64,000 bases of DNA from contig CAZTVG010000002.1 of assembly GCA_964617015.1 (NCBI GenBank), positions 13,077 to 77,076 on the forward strand, written 5' to 3'. Below the pieces are notes generated by a model that did not search any database, had not been told where the DNA came from, and saw only the letters and a list, made by a program, of their open reading frames with translations. The position numbers and the translations under genes are program-made. Each line of letters starts with the position of its first letter. Positions within the stretch are counted from its first letter, which is position 1. The stretch is from Candidatus Woesearchaeota archaeon (lineage in GTDB: Archaea > Nanobdellota > Nanobdellia > Pacearchaeales > GW2011-AR1). Shown here piece after piece: positions 1 through 9,062 of this stretch.

Positions 1-2
1 AG

Positions 3-250
3 CTTTCAGAGAAAAACAAGGGTTCAGGAAAAGCAGTTTTCCTGGATTCTTCCCTTCAGGAAATAAAAAAAGTCTCTTCCAAAGGTCTCGCCAGTGCTTT
101 AAGAAATATAAGAGAAAAACCTTCTGTAATCATAATTGACGGAGTTGCTGCTGTTTCAGCAATAAAAGCTGCAGAAGAACATGGCGTGAAAGTCATTGTG
201 GCAAAAAATTTCACGACAACAGATACTAATCTGGAACTTTTAAGTTTTTG
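3..250 (+). CDS. C-terminal fragment of an archaeal DnaG-type (Toprim) primase-like protein, truncated by the window edge
   Basis: Frame 3 is open from the window edge to TGA at 248-250. It reads ...KPSVIIIDGVAAVSAIKAAEEHGVKVIVAKNFTTTDTNLELLSF. This resembles, from memory, the conserved C-terminal segment of archaeal DnaG (..FDGI..QRL.D.A.E.GVK.LV..). The listed antisense ORF 56-301 looks spurious. Confidence 0.4.
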
Positions 251-284
251 ATCTATTCTTTCCATAAGTTTTATAAACCCCAAA

Positions 285-737
285 ATGAAGTTATTAGTCA
301 TGTCAAGTTTAATTGATAGATTGCTAAAACGAAAACCAGTTGCTGATGAAAAAATAAGATATATAGAACAGCGGTTTGATTACGATTGTGGTCAAACGTG
401 TTTAGATATGTTGGGTTATGATGGACACAAAATGTTTCCAGGCAGGGCATTGACAAGGGAAGAGTTGAGGTCTATTGAAGGTGTTAAAGAAGATTATGAA
501 ATTGTATTATCTGAAACAACCCATTTTGAAGAACCCTATATTTTTGATGTTCCTGGCGTTAGAGACCCCAGTCAATATCATTTCATTTTAGTTCATGGAA
601 ATAGAGTGTATTGCCCCTCTTTAGGTGTTTTTAAAATTAAAAAATATCTAAGAAACATATGGAGTCCTCGATCCGCATTTCAAGTTCCTTTTGCTGAAGA
701 CATGAAGCATACAGAACAAGTTTCACTTAATAAGTAA
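285..737 (+). CDS. Papain-like cysteine peptidase, C39-like domain protein (hypothetical)
   Basis: 150-aa ORF. The motif DYDCGQTCLDMLGY matches the C39-type catalytic Cys context (Q..DCG..CL.M). A downstream His lies in HFILVHGNRVY. Confidence 0.4.
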   Translation: MKLLVMSSLIDRLLKRKPVADEKIRYIEQRFDYDCGQTCLDMLGYDGHKMFPGRALTREELRSIEGVKEDYEIVLSETTHFEEPYIFDVPGVRDPSQYHFILVHGNRVYCPSLGVFKIKKYLRNIWSPRSAFQVPFAEDMKHTEQVSLNK

Positions 738-874
738 CAATAATGTATAAAGAACCTTGAAAGAGCTTGATTTAAAAGATGCTAATTTTATAATCATTCG
801 CCAGTTTGTAACTTAATTTTATTCACTTATTTGTTAAGAGTAATCTATAAAAAGATTAAACAATCTACAGAATC

Positions 875-1651
875 ATGTCACTGAAATTCGGACCAGGTGG
901 TTTGGGAAGTGTGAAGGATGCTCTCTCTAAATTGGAAAAATACAACAAACTTGGTTTAAAGGCCTGCGAGATTGAGTTCACTTATCAGGTCTACATAAAA
1001 AGAGAAGAAGATGCCCTGAAAATCGGAAAAGCCGCAAAAAAACTCGGAATCAAGTTAAGCATCCACGCTCCTTACTGGATTAATCTTAATTCTGATGACA
1101 AAGAAAAAATCAGGCAGAGCAAGGAGAGAATTCTGAATTGCTGTGAAGTGGGTGACTGGCTTGGAGCCTACAGGATTGTCTTTCATCCAGGATATTACGG
1201 AAAAACCAGAGAAAATGCATATGAAAATATAAAAAACCAGATTTTAGATCTTCAGGAGGAAATTAAAAAAAGAAAATATAAGGTGAAGCTTGCTCCCGAG
1301 ACAATGGGTCGTGTCAATGTTTTCGGATCTGTTGAAGAAATCCACAAACTTGTTGAAGAAACAGATTGTGATTTTTGCATAGATTTTGCGCACATCTTGG
1401 CCCGCTATAAGAGCTACAACTTCAAAGAGGTTTTAAACAAATTCAAGAGACACAAAACCCTGCACCTGCATTTTTCAGGAATAGAATATGGCGAAAAAGG
1501 AGAAAAACACCATAAAAAAACACCAGGAAAGGAATGGAAAAAACTCCTTGAGAATTTGCCTAAAAATAAAGAAATTATAATTATAAATGAAAGTCCTCTG
1601 CCTGTTGAAGATTCTCTTCTTGGATTGAAGATTTACTCCAACAAAATTTAA
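875..1651 (+). CDS. AP endonuclease family 2 / endonuclease IV-like TIM-barrel protein
   Basis: Motifs SIHAPYWINLNS, IVFHPGYYG, LAPETMG, CIDFAHILA and HLHFSGIEYG..HH follow the order of the Nfo-type metal-binding motifs (HxPY..NL, HPG, E, D..H, H..D/E..H). Confidence 0.6.
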   Translation: MSLKFGPGGLGSVKDALSKLEKYNKLGLKACEIEFTYQVYIKREEDALKIGKAAKKLGIKLSIHAPYWINLNSDDKEKIRQSKERILNCCEVGDWLGAYRIVFHPGYYGKTRENAYENIKNQILDLQEEIKKRKYKVKLAPETMGRVNVFGSVEEIHKLVEETDCDFCIDFAHILARYKSYNFKEVLNKFKRHKTLHLHFSGIEYGEKGEKHHKKTPGKEWKKLLENLPKNKEIIIINESPLPVEDSLLGLKIYSNKI

Positions 1652-1817
1652 TTTTGACAAACCTGAAAATAGCACTTGATGTTACTTACAGTTAGTACTA
1701 TGTAATTAACATTTTCTGTTATCACCATAAAGTTTATAAATCACTTCAAGGTCTGTAGAAATATAGAAAACTTGGGGAACCTTGTTCCCTAGAAATAAAT
1801 AAACAAATAAATATAAG

Positions 1818-3041
1818 ATGGATATGAATAAGAAACTTTTGGTTTCTTTTTTGGCGTTTGTGAGCGTCTTATTTCTAGCTGTTACTGTAAGCGCTGTTTC
1901 AGAACTTGCAACTATTCTGGATGTTGAAGTTGACGGAATCAATGTTAATGACAATCCAGCAATCATTGTTGGAGATACAGTAAGTATCAGAGTTGAGTTT
2001 GAGTCAATGGTTAATGCCTCTGATATTACAGTGGAAGTGGAAATTGAAGGCGACAGGAAAGACGTTGAAGCACAGACAAGGCTTTTCGATGTTGAAGATG
2101 GAAATAGCTACGTTAAAACCCTAAGACTTGAAGTTCCTTTCGACCTTAAGGATGATCTTAGTGACTTTGTTACTCTTAACATTGATATAAGCGGAAGCGG
2201 TTTCAAGACAGAAACAAGTTTTGATTTGAGAGTTCAGAGAGAATCTTTTGATGCTGATATCAAGTCTATAGGTGTCCCTCAGACAGTTAAGGCCGGAGAA
2301 ACTTTCCCGGTTGATGTTGTCCTGAAGAACCTAGGTTACAATGACTTGGATGATTTGTTTGTGACTGCAAGAATATCTGCTCTGGACATTGAAAGAACAG
2401 CCTTCTTTGGAGACCTTGTTGCTCTTGAGTGCGATGACCATGATACACCCGTAGAGAACTATGGTGTTGACATTGACAGGAAGTGTAATGAAGATGATGA
2501 TGACACTGTGTTTGGAAGACTTTTCCTTACTGTTCCATATGGTGCTGAATCAGGTGTCTATGCTCTTGAAGTAGAGGTTGAAAACGAAGACACAACTTCA
2601 AGCGAAGTTGTTCAGATCGTTATAGACAATGCCTTTTCTGCAGGAAACTTCATCGTTTCAGGTAATCAGCTGCTCATTGTGAATCCAACAAATGACGTGG
2701 TTGTTTACAGACTTGTGCCTGAATCTACAAGCACTGTTTCAGTGAGTTTAAGCAAAAGTCTTGTTGCTGTTTCTGCTGGTTCAAGTGAGACAGTAACTGT
2801 GGAAGCAACATCAACTGTCGCAGGAACACAGACTTATTCTGTGAATATTTTTTCTGCAGACGGAACACTTGTTGACACGGTAAGCTTCAGTACAGTTACA
2901 GAAGGAAGAAAAGTTACAAGCCCAATAGTTGTTTTGACAATCATTCTGGCAATAATATTTATTGTATTGCTAGTTGTATTGGTTGTCCTGATTGGAAAGA
3001 AACCTGAAAAAGCTGAAGAATTCGGAGAAAGCTATTACTAA
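1818..3041 (+). CDS. Secreted, C-terminally membrane-anchored surface protein (S-layer or CARDB-like candidate)
   Basis: N-terminal signal peptide MNKKLLVSFLAFVSVLFLAVTVSA. Acidic beta-rich body. C-terminal TM helix IVVLTIILAIIFIVLLVVLVVLIG followed by KKPEK. Confidence 0.6.
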   Translation: MDMNKKLLVSFLAFVSVLFLAVTVSAVSELATILDVEVDGINVNDNPAIIVGDTVSIRVEFESMVNASDITVEVEIEGDRKDVEAQTRLFDVEDGNSYVKTLRLEVPFDLKDDLSDFVTLNIDISGSGFKTETSFDLRVQRESFDADIKSIGVPQTVKAGETFPVDVVLKNLGYNDLDDLFVTARISALDIERTAFFGDLVALECDDHDTPVENYGVDIDRKCNEDDDDTVFGRLFLTVPYGAESGVYALEVEVENEDTTSSEVVQIVIDNAFSAGNFIVSGNQLLIVNPTNDVVVYRLVPESTSTVSVSLSKSLVAVSAGSSETVTVEATSTVAGTQTYSVNIFSADGTLVDTVSFSTVTEGRKVTSPIVVLTIILAIIFIVLLVVLVVLIGKKPEKAEEFGESYY

Positions 3042-3152
3042 TTTTTTATTTTTAGCTTTCTTATTTTTCTTTTTATTTTTATTATTTTTTAGACTTAATA
3101 GTACAACGTCCTTTCTGGGTGTTTTAGTTATAAAAAATTATATAAGTAATAG

Positions 3153-3911
3153 TTGGTCCTAGGTTGTATGTCCGTAAAATCACTACTGAAAAAAGTTGCA
3201 AAGGAATTTGATTTAAAATTTGATCAAAAAAATAAATTTAAATATCTTATCTTAACAAAAAAAGAAATTATTATTCGTAATTTTCTCGGAGATTGTCCTG
3301 ACCCCATTTATATAAAACACGGGAACCATGATAAAAATAAAATTGGTGTTAATTTAGTTAAATATCTTAAAACAAAAGATTATAAAAAAGATTTTTCTAC
3401 GCCACAGGGCTGCGTAATTACACAAGGAAATTTAAAGAGAGAATTAAAACTTATTCCTAAAATTCCTGATGAGAAATTGAAAAAAGAAATAAAGAATTTT
3501 TATAATAAAATAAAGAAAAAAATTGGCAATTCAAAAAGATTAACGCTTATTTGGAAACCAATAAAAAAAGAAGAAAAAAGCGAACAACGTAAGGAAATTC
3601 TTTTACATGAATTTATTCATGAATTGGCGGAATATAATAAGATTAGAATAAGAGATTGGAGGTGGAATGAAGGACTCATTACATATATTACGTATTTTGT
3701 TATAGGAAAACTTTATAGGGTTAAAGAGAAACCCAAATTAAAACAGAATAAAATGTGGCTTATATATGCTGAATATACTCGTAGATGGATTGAGCTTCTC
3801 GAGAACGTTGAAAATCCAAAAGAACGAAAGAAAATTATTCTTAAAAAAGTTAAAGAACTTAAAGAAATAAGAAGAGAATATCTTAGAAAAACTAACTCAA
3901 CGCCCGAATAG
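3153..3911 (+). CDS. Hypothetical Lys-rich protein with an HExxH motif (putative zinc metallopeptidase)
   Basis: 252-aa ORF containing LLHEFIHELAEY (HExxH). No other recognisable domain. The start codon is uncertain. Confidence 0.35.
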   Translation: MVLGCMSVKSLLKKVAKEFDLKFDQKNKFKYLILTKKEIIIRNFLGDCPDPIYIKHGNHDKNKIGVNLVKYLKTKDYKKDFSTPQGCVITQGNLKRELKLIPKIPDEKLKKEIKNFYNKIKKKIGNSKRLTLIWKPIKKEEKSEQRKEILLHEFIHELAEYNKIRIRDWRWNEGLITYITYFVIGKLYRVKEKPKLKQNKMWLIYAEYTRRWIELLENVENPKERKKIILKKVKELKEIRREYLRKTNSTPE

Positions 3912-3914
3912 GGC

Positions 3915-4544
3915 TTATTCAACAAAAGGAACAAATATGAATCCTGGAATTTTCTTTTTTATCTCAAAGACATTTCCCTTTCTCTTGAGAACTATAAGAG
4001 ATTGTTCAAATCTTGGACCTTTTGGAAGAACAAGTATGCCTCCTTCCTTTAGCTGGCCTAGAAGTGCCTCTGGCAGTTCGCGACAGGCAGCACTTACGAG
4101 AATCCTGTCAAAAGGTGCCTGCTCTGGAAGACCGTGAAATCCGCTTTTATTGTATATCTTAATATTATTGTAATTCTCAAGATTTTCCTTTGAGCTTTTA
4201 GCCAGTTCACTGAGTATCTCAACACCAAACACCTTTCCTTCATTGCCAACAATCTCTGAGATAAGGGCGAGAACATACCCACAGCCAGAACCAAGCTCAA
4301 GCACTTTCTGTCCTTTTTTTAAATCTAATTCAGAAAGCATTACTGCAATAGTGTATGGCTGGGAAATTGTCTGTCCAGAGCCAATTGGCAAAGGCGTATC
4401 TTCATAAGCATTGTCTTTTAATTCAGATGGAACAAAATCCTCGCGTTTAACGCTTGAAAAAGCATCCAGAATTTTCTTTGAAAAACCCATTTCCTTCAAA
4501 CTTCTCAGGAGTTGTTGTTTGTTCATTTTAAAACAATTCCTCAA
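3915..4544 (-). CDS. pcm: Protein-L-isoaspartate O-methyltransferase
   Basis: GQTISQPYTIAVMLSELDLKKGQKVLELGSGCGY is the canonical PIMT pre-motif plus SAM motif I. The 209-aa length is typical. Confidence 0.9.
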   Translation of the reverse strand: MRNCFKMNKQQLLRSLKEMGFSKKILDAFSSVKREDFVPSELKDNAYEDTPLPIGSGQTISQPYTIAVMLSELDLKKGQKVLELGSGCGYVLALISEIVGNEGKVFGVEILSELAKSSKENLENYNNIKIYNKSGFHGLPEQAPFDRILVSAACRELPEALLGQLKEGGILVLPKGPRFEQSLIVLKRKGNVFEIKKKIPGFIFVPFVE

Positions 4545-4761
4545 ATTCTTTTCTTGATAATTGAATATCTTCTTTAATTATCTTTAATAGTAAACCAGGT
4601 CCTATTTTGTCTCCAGGATGATAAGGGATAACAGTTGACCTGCCATTAGGATGTTTGAAGAACATATGGCTTCCTCTTTGCCTAATAAATTTAAAACCTA
4701 ATTTCTTAAGAATTTTTGATAATTGTATCGCATCAAGACGTGGCAGTTTTGCCATCTTCAA
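4528..4761 (-). CDS. hicA: HicA-family mRNA interferase toxin
   Basis: 77 aa. KILKKLGFKFIRQRGSHMFFKHPNGRSTVIPYH matches the HicA/YcfA signature (G..xxRxxGSHxxxxH). It lies directly downstream of a HicB-like gene, and its 3' end overlaps the pcm start by 17 nt. Confidence 0.85.
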   Translation of the reverse strand: MKMAKLPRLDAIQLSKILKKLGFKFIRQRGSHMFFKHPNGRSTVIPYHPGDKIGPGLLLKIIKEDIQLSRKEFEELF

Positions 4762-4797
4762 ACTCCATTTTTTAAGAGTTTGAACGCTTTCATTGTC

Positions 4798-5016
4798 TTA
4801 AACCTCTACTTTTTGTATACCAATAAATTCACTTCTTACTTCAATACTTGGTTTTTCGCATTCTAAGTAGAGAGCAATTGCTTCCTTTGTCCTTTCAATA
4901 AGTTCATCTATGCTTTTTGCTTGTGTGTGGCATCCTGGCAATCCGACTACCTCTGATACAAAATAACCTTCCCCATCCTTTTCGATTATTACATTAAAAT
5001 TAGTCATAATAATCAT
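4798..5016 (-). CDS. hicB: HicB-like antitoxin (UPF0150 fold)
   Basis: 72 aa. FNVIIEKDGEGYFVSEVVGLPGCHTQAKSIDELIERTKEAIALYLE is the typical HicB N-terminal domain. It is paired with hicA. Confidence 0.8.
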   Translation of the reverse strand: MIIMTNFNVIIEKDGEGYFVSEVVGLPGCHTQAKSIDELIERTKEAIALYLECEKPSIEVRSEFIGIQKVEV

Positions 5017-5189
5017 AACTTAAAAGGGTATATAAAATTTTCTGACGTCTCATAATTATTATTAAATTAATTATATTAAAAATTGAGATTTTTTGTTCAT
5101 GAATAAAAAAGAAGAGAATATTCATCTTAAACCCTTAAACTAATTATCCGTCATGCATACGACGTGAATTTTAATTCACGGAGTCATGG

Positions 5190-8063
5190 CTATACTCTAA
5201 GACTAATGATTTTAGATATACCGTCATGCATGCTTACCCCGTAGAGATTTATTGCTCTTGTGATGACTTCATCATTGTGCGTGATTATTATGTACTGGCC
5301 CTTCTGCATGTATTTGTTAAGAAGACCGGCAAGTCTTTCAGAATTTTTTTTGTCGAGTGCTGCGTCAACCTCATCAAGAATATAAAAATAATAAGGCCTG
5401 TATTCCTGAATTGCAAAAATCAAAGAAAGAGCCACAAGGGTTTGTTCCCCTCCTGACAGGGATTTTACATCAAAATATTTTCCATGGCCTGTTTTAACCA
5501 AAACACTAACTCCGCCATCAAAGGGATCTTTCCTGTTCTCCATTTCCAGAGAGACATGACCTTTTGTGCTTAACTGGGAAAAATTCCTGGAGAAAAATTC
5601 ATTTAATTGATTTAGTGTCTGAACAAAAACTTTTTTCTTTTTTATGTCTATTTCATGAATTATCTTTAAAACTCCCTCTTTTTCTCTGGAAATTATTTCT
5701 GCTTTTTCCCTTATTGCATTATACTCTTTCTTTATAGAATCATAAACTTCCAGTGACCTGAGATTCACAGAACCAAGTCTTGAAAGAATCTCCTTGGTTT
5801 TGATAAGTCTCTGAACCAATGAATCTTTGCTTGCCTTGATTACCTCTATATTTTCAAACTCAAGCATTTCTGTTTCCAGATTTTCCGCCTCTGCATCAAC
5901 TCTTGCTTTTTCAATCTTTAAATCATTCATTTCCTGCTCTACGGCATGAAGTGAGTGCTGTTTTGAGAGAATCCCTGATTCCTTTTCCCTTGATTTTCTC
6001 TGAAATCCTTCTCTTTCTGAAATGAGTTCCTGGAATCTTTTGCTTAATATTTCCTCCTGCTTCTTTTTCCTTGAGAGAATTTTTTCTTTTTCTCCCAGAT
6101 TGTCTTTAAGATCCCTAAAGTCTTCCTTTAAATCTTCCTCTTCTCTAAAAATTTGTTTTAGGGAAATTCTTGAACGCTCAAGCTCTCTTTCCTTGAATAT
6201 GACTTCTGATTTCACGTTTTCCCTTGTTCTGAGCGGAATTTCTTGGATTTCAATCCTTAGTATTTCATATTTTTGCTCTATGTGGGAGCTGGCTTCATAA
6301 CTTTTTTCAAGAGTTTTTCTTTTTTTAATTAATTCCAAGAGCTCTTCTCTGACTTTTTCTGATTTTTCATGAATTGTTTTAATCTGCAGTTTTTTCTCAT
6401 TTATATTTGAAATTCTGTTCAGGTCTGATTCGGTCTTTGAGATTTCATGCGTCATTCCATCAACATCCCGGATTATTATTTCCTTTTTCTGGTAAATTAA
6501 CTCCAGTTCCTTATCCGCGTTTTCTATTTCTTTCTTCAGGGATTCTGTTTTGGGAAGAATTTCTTTCTTTATCTCCTCCATATGCTCAGGAGTTATCCTG
6601 CTTTTGCATATGGGGCATATGTCAAGTTTGGAGATTTTCTCCAGAATTTTATTCTGGTTTTCTATTTCTGATTCATTAGCAGAAGTAATTTTTTCGAACT
6701 CAACTTCCTTTTTCAGCAAGCTGCTGAGAACAACTTTTTTTTCTGCAAGCCCGAGTTTAAGCTTGTCAAGTTTTTTTGAATCAGCCCTCGGGTCAAAAAG
6801 TTCTATCGAAAAATTTTCAGCCTGTTTTAACAGAAAATCAGATTCATCCACATAATTTTTATAAAGAGTGTTTTTGTCCTGAATTCTTTCCCTGATTGAC
6901 TTCAATTCAGATTTAATCATGTAAAATCTCTTTCTTTGATTTTCAAGTCTTTCAAGTTCTCTCTTTTTTTCCTCAATCTCTTTTGTTTTCTTTTCTGCTG
7001 TAGGGGATTCTTTCCTGAGTTCTTTCACGGAAATTTCTGTTTCTTTTATGAACAAATGAAGCTCATGCTTTTCCCTTGAAAGTTCGGAAAGTTTATTCAC
7101 CTGGTTTTCAAGCCTTACACCCATTCCCGCAAGTTCTGCCCTCAGATTCGCAATTTCATGGTTAAGCTTTTCCTGTTCAAGCCCTGCAGATTTCTGTATT
7201 TTTAGGTTGATTTCATTAATTTTCAACTCAAAGTTTTTTATTTCTGCTTCAATTCCTGTTATTAGCTTTTTCAGATTTTCTGTTTCTTTGTTCTTTTTTC
7301 CCATATCTGAAACTATTTTTTCAAGCTCTCTCTTTTTTCTGGAAAGGTCATGATAAATTATGCTTGCTCTTAATCTTTTTGTGTCTTTTTCAAGTTTTTT
7401 ATATTTCAGTGCCTGCTGCCTCTCTTTTTCAAGATTATTAAGGTAAGATGCTCTCTCTCTCAGAATCGAGTTGATTTCCATGAGTTTTTCATCTGTCTTT
7501 TCAAGCTCTCTTAGAGATTTCGCTTTTCTTGATTCATAAACAGAAATCCCGGAAACCTCTTCAATTACTTTTCTTCTTTCCTCTGGCTGCATTATGACAA
7601 AATTCTGGATTTCACCCTGGAGCACGATGTTAAACCCCTGGGGGTCTATTCCTGCCTGAGCCAACAAAGACAAAATTTCCTGTCTTGTTTTTGTCTCATT
7701 GTTAATTTTATATACGCTTTGCCCGTTTCTTCTTACTGTTCTCTTTATTACCACCTCATTTTTTTCTATGGAAAAAATTCTTTCTGAGTTATCAAACACG
7801 ACCTCAACAGAAGCTTCTTTTGCAGGAGATGCTGCTTTTGTCCCGAGAAAAATTAAATTTCTTGCTTTGGCAGCCCTCATAGACTTTATGCTAAGCCTTC
7901 CTAAAACAAAACACAATGCATCAGAAATATTTGATTTTCCAGAGCCATTAGGACCAAGAATAACATTTATCCCCCGCGTGAACAGAATTTCTGTTCTTCT
8001 AGGAAAACTCTTAAATCCATGAATAACTAATTTTTTTATATATGACATGGTCCCAACTTCCAT
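5190..8063 (-). CDS. SMC-family chromosome-organisation ATPase with SMC-type heads, no recognisable hinge and a central CxxC zinc-hook-like motif
   Basis: N-terminal head: GFKSF...ILGPNGSGKSNISDALCFVLG. C-terminal head: LSGGEQTLVALSLIFAIQEYRPYYFYILDEVDAALD. About 300-aa heptad-like Lys/Glu-rich arms flank LDICPICKSRITPEH at the midpoint (CPIC = nt 6606-6617). The protein is 957 aa, against about 1150-1200 aa for canonical SMC. The true start may be the ATG at 8048 (MSYIKK). Confidence 0.85.
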   Translation of the reverse strand: MEVGTMSYIKKLVIHGFKSFPRRTEILFTRGINVILGPNGSGKSNISDALCFVLGRLSIKSMRAAKARNLIFLGTKAASPAKEASVEVVFDNSERIFSIEKNEVVIKRTVRRNGQSVYKINNETKTRQEILSLLAQAGIDPQGFNIVLQGEIQNFVIMQPEERRKVIEEVSGISVYESRKAKSLRELEKTDEKLMEINSILRERASYLNNLEKERQQALKYKKLEKDTKRLRASIIYHDLSRKKRELEKIVSDMGKKNKETENLKKLITGIEAEIKNFELKINEINLKIQKSAGLEQEKLNHEIANLRAELAGMGVRLENQVNKLSELSREKHELHLFIKETEISVKELRKESPTAEKKTKEIEEKKRELERLENQRKRFYMIKSELKSIRERIQDKNTLYKNYVDESDFLLKQAENFSIELFDPRADSKKLDKLKLGLAEKKVVLSSLLKKEVEFEKITSANESEIENQNKILEKISKLDICPICKSRITPEHMEEIKKEILPKTESLKKEIENADKELELIYQKKEIIIRDVDGMTHEISKTESDLNRISNINEKKLQIKTIHEKSEKVREELLELIKKRKTLEKSYEASSHIEQKYEILRIEIQEIPLRTRENVKSEVIFKERELERSRISLKQIFREEEDLKEDFRDLKDNLGEKEKILSRKKKQEEILSKRFQELISEREGFQRKSREKESGILSKQHSLHAVEQEMNDLKIEKARVDAEAENLETEMLEFENIEVIKASKDSLVQRLIKTKEILSRLGSVNLRSLEVYDSIKKEYNAIREKAEIISREKEGVLKIIHEIDIKKKKVFVQTLNQLNEFFSRNFSQLSTKGHVSLEMENRKDPFDGGVSVLVKTGHGKYFDVKSLSGGEQTLVALSLIFAIQEYRPYYFYILDEVDAALDKKNSERLAGLLNKYMQKGQYIIITHNDEVITRAINLYGVSMHDGISKIISLRV

Positions 8064-8116
8064 TTATTTAAGCTCATGATAAAAAACAGTCGGAGAAGTT
8101 TTTAAAGATTAGGATA

Positions 8117-8782
8117 TTAAAACAGTTTTTTTTGCTTCAGGTTTGAGTTTGCTTTTTTCCAGGTTGACCATGTTTTTCTGAAAATTTCTTTATGTTTTCT
8201 TGCGTTTTTTGCAATGAATTTCTGTGTTAAGGGATCTGAGCTGTAACCAGAACCTATTTTATCACCGTACTTTTCTTTTAACTTAGATATTTCCAGTTCT
8301 CTTTCGCTTTTTGCAAGAATTGAAGCGGCAGAAACAGCAATATAATTTCTATCTGCCTTATGCTCGCAGACTATTTCGAGGTTTGAAAGATTATTTATAT
8401 GGGTTTTCAGGAAATCTGACCATTTTCTTATAGAAGTAGATGGACAGTCAAGAATAACTTTTATTTTTTGCCTGCCTTTGTTTATCTTGTTGATTATTTT
8501 TGCCGCAGCTATTGCCTCGAGTTCATTGAGTTTTATTCCTTCTGCATTTTTCCTGTCTATTTCATCAGGATATAAAAGAACTAATTCAAAATCTTTTGCC
8601 TTTTCTTTTATTATTTTCTCGAGGAACTCCCTTCTTCTCCGGGTGAGTTGCTTGCTGTCTCTTACCCCAAGTTTCCTGAACTCAACTCCGGTTTTTTCAT
8701 CAATAAGGCAGCCGGCGAGAATCATCGGGCCAATAACTGGTCCGCGGCCTGCATCATCAATTCCAAGAACAAGAGTGCTCAT
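8117..8782 (-). CDS. rnhB: Ribonuclease HII
   Basis: LGIDDAGRGPVIGPMILAG (the DEDD first motif) and later SAASILAK..R. The 221-aa length is typical. Confidence 0.9.
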   Translation of the reverse strand: MSTLVLGIDDAGRGPVIGPMILAGCLIDEKTGVEFRKLGVRDSKQLTRRRREFLEKIIKEKAKDFELVLLYPDEIDRKNAEGIKLNELEAIAAAKIINKINKGRQKIKVILDCPSTSIRKWSDFLKTHINNLSNLEIVCEHKADRNYIAVSAASILAKSERELEISKLKEKYGDKIGSGYSSDPLTQKFIAKNARKHKEIFRKTWSTWKKANSNLKQKKLF

Positions 8783-8839
8783 AGAAGAAAAAACAAAGTT
8801 TTCTTTTTAAGGATTTCTAACTCCGCGCAGATAGTTAGA

Positions 8840-8847
8840 TTTATAAG
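8840..8847 (+). promoter_or_regulatory. Candidate TATA box for the initiator tRNA gene
   Basis: TTTATAAG lies about 24-31 nt upstream of tRNA position 1 at 8871, the spacing expected for archaeal promoters. Confidence 0.35.
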
Positions 8848-8870
8848 TTATTCATCAATTTTATTTTTAT

Positions 8871-8945
8871 AGCGGGATGGAGCAGTCTGGAGTGCTCGTC
8901 GGGCCCATAACCCGGAGGTCGGAGGTTCAAATCCTTCTCCCGCTA
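8871..8945 (+). tRNA. Initiator tRNA-Met (anticodon CAT)
   Basis: Manual cloverleaf: acceptor AGCGGGA/TCCCGCT, D arm GAGC-AGTCTGGAGT-GCTC, anticodon arm TCGGG-CCCATAA-CCCGG, T arm GGAGG-TTCAAAT-CCTTC, discriminator A. The A1:U72 pair and three consecutive G:C pairs closing the anticodon stem are archaeal initiator features. No CCA is encoded. Confidence 0.9.
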
Positions 8946-8993
8946 TTTCCTAATAAAAACCTTTAAAACCCCAAGATTAATTCTATAAAATAA

Positions 8994-9007
8994 GCCGACA
9001 TCGCATA
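8994..9007 (+). repeat. 14-nt exact direct repeat of the tRNA-Ser 5' end (second copy at 9063-9076)
   Basis: GCCGACATCGCATA occurs at 8994-9007 and again as positions 1-14 of the tRNA-Ser gene at 9063-9076. The copies are separated by 55 nt. Confidence 0.9.
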
Positions 9008-9062
9008 TGAGGGGCACCAAGGTTCCCCTTACACTAACCCCTCCTTTTGAGGATAGTAACAT

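Noticed and set aside
56-301. 81-aa minus-strand ORF at the window start
   Set aside because: It is antisense to a better-supported + strand frame (3-250) with a DnaG-like C-terminus. Its sequence is low-complexity (Ser/Ala/Thr/Phe runs) and has no motif.
5148-5240. Palindrome CGTGAATTTTAATTCACG (about 5162-5179) and the repeated CCGTCATGCAT strings near the 3' end of the SMC-like gene
   Set aside because: This is a short hairpin just downstream of a stop codon, most simply a terminator or stability element. The 11-nt repeat is too short to interpret.
6022-8022. Several 90-107-aa + strand ORFs inside the SMC-like gene (6022-6300, 6407-6679, 6550-6855, 7699-8022)
   Set aside because: They are antisense shadows of a Lys/Glu-rich coiled-coil gene. 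The translations are Ser/Phe/Leu-rich low-complexity strings typical of reverse-frame artefacts.
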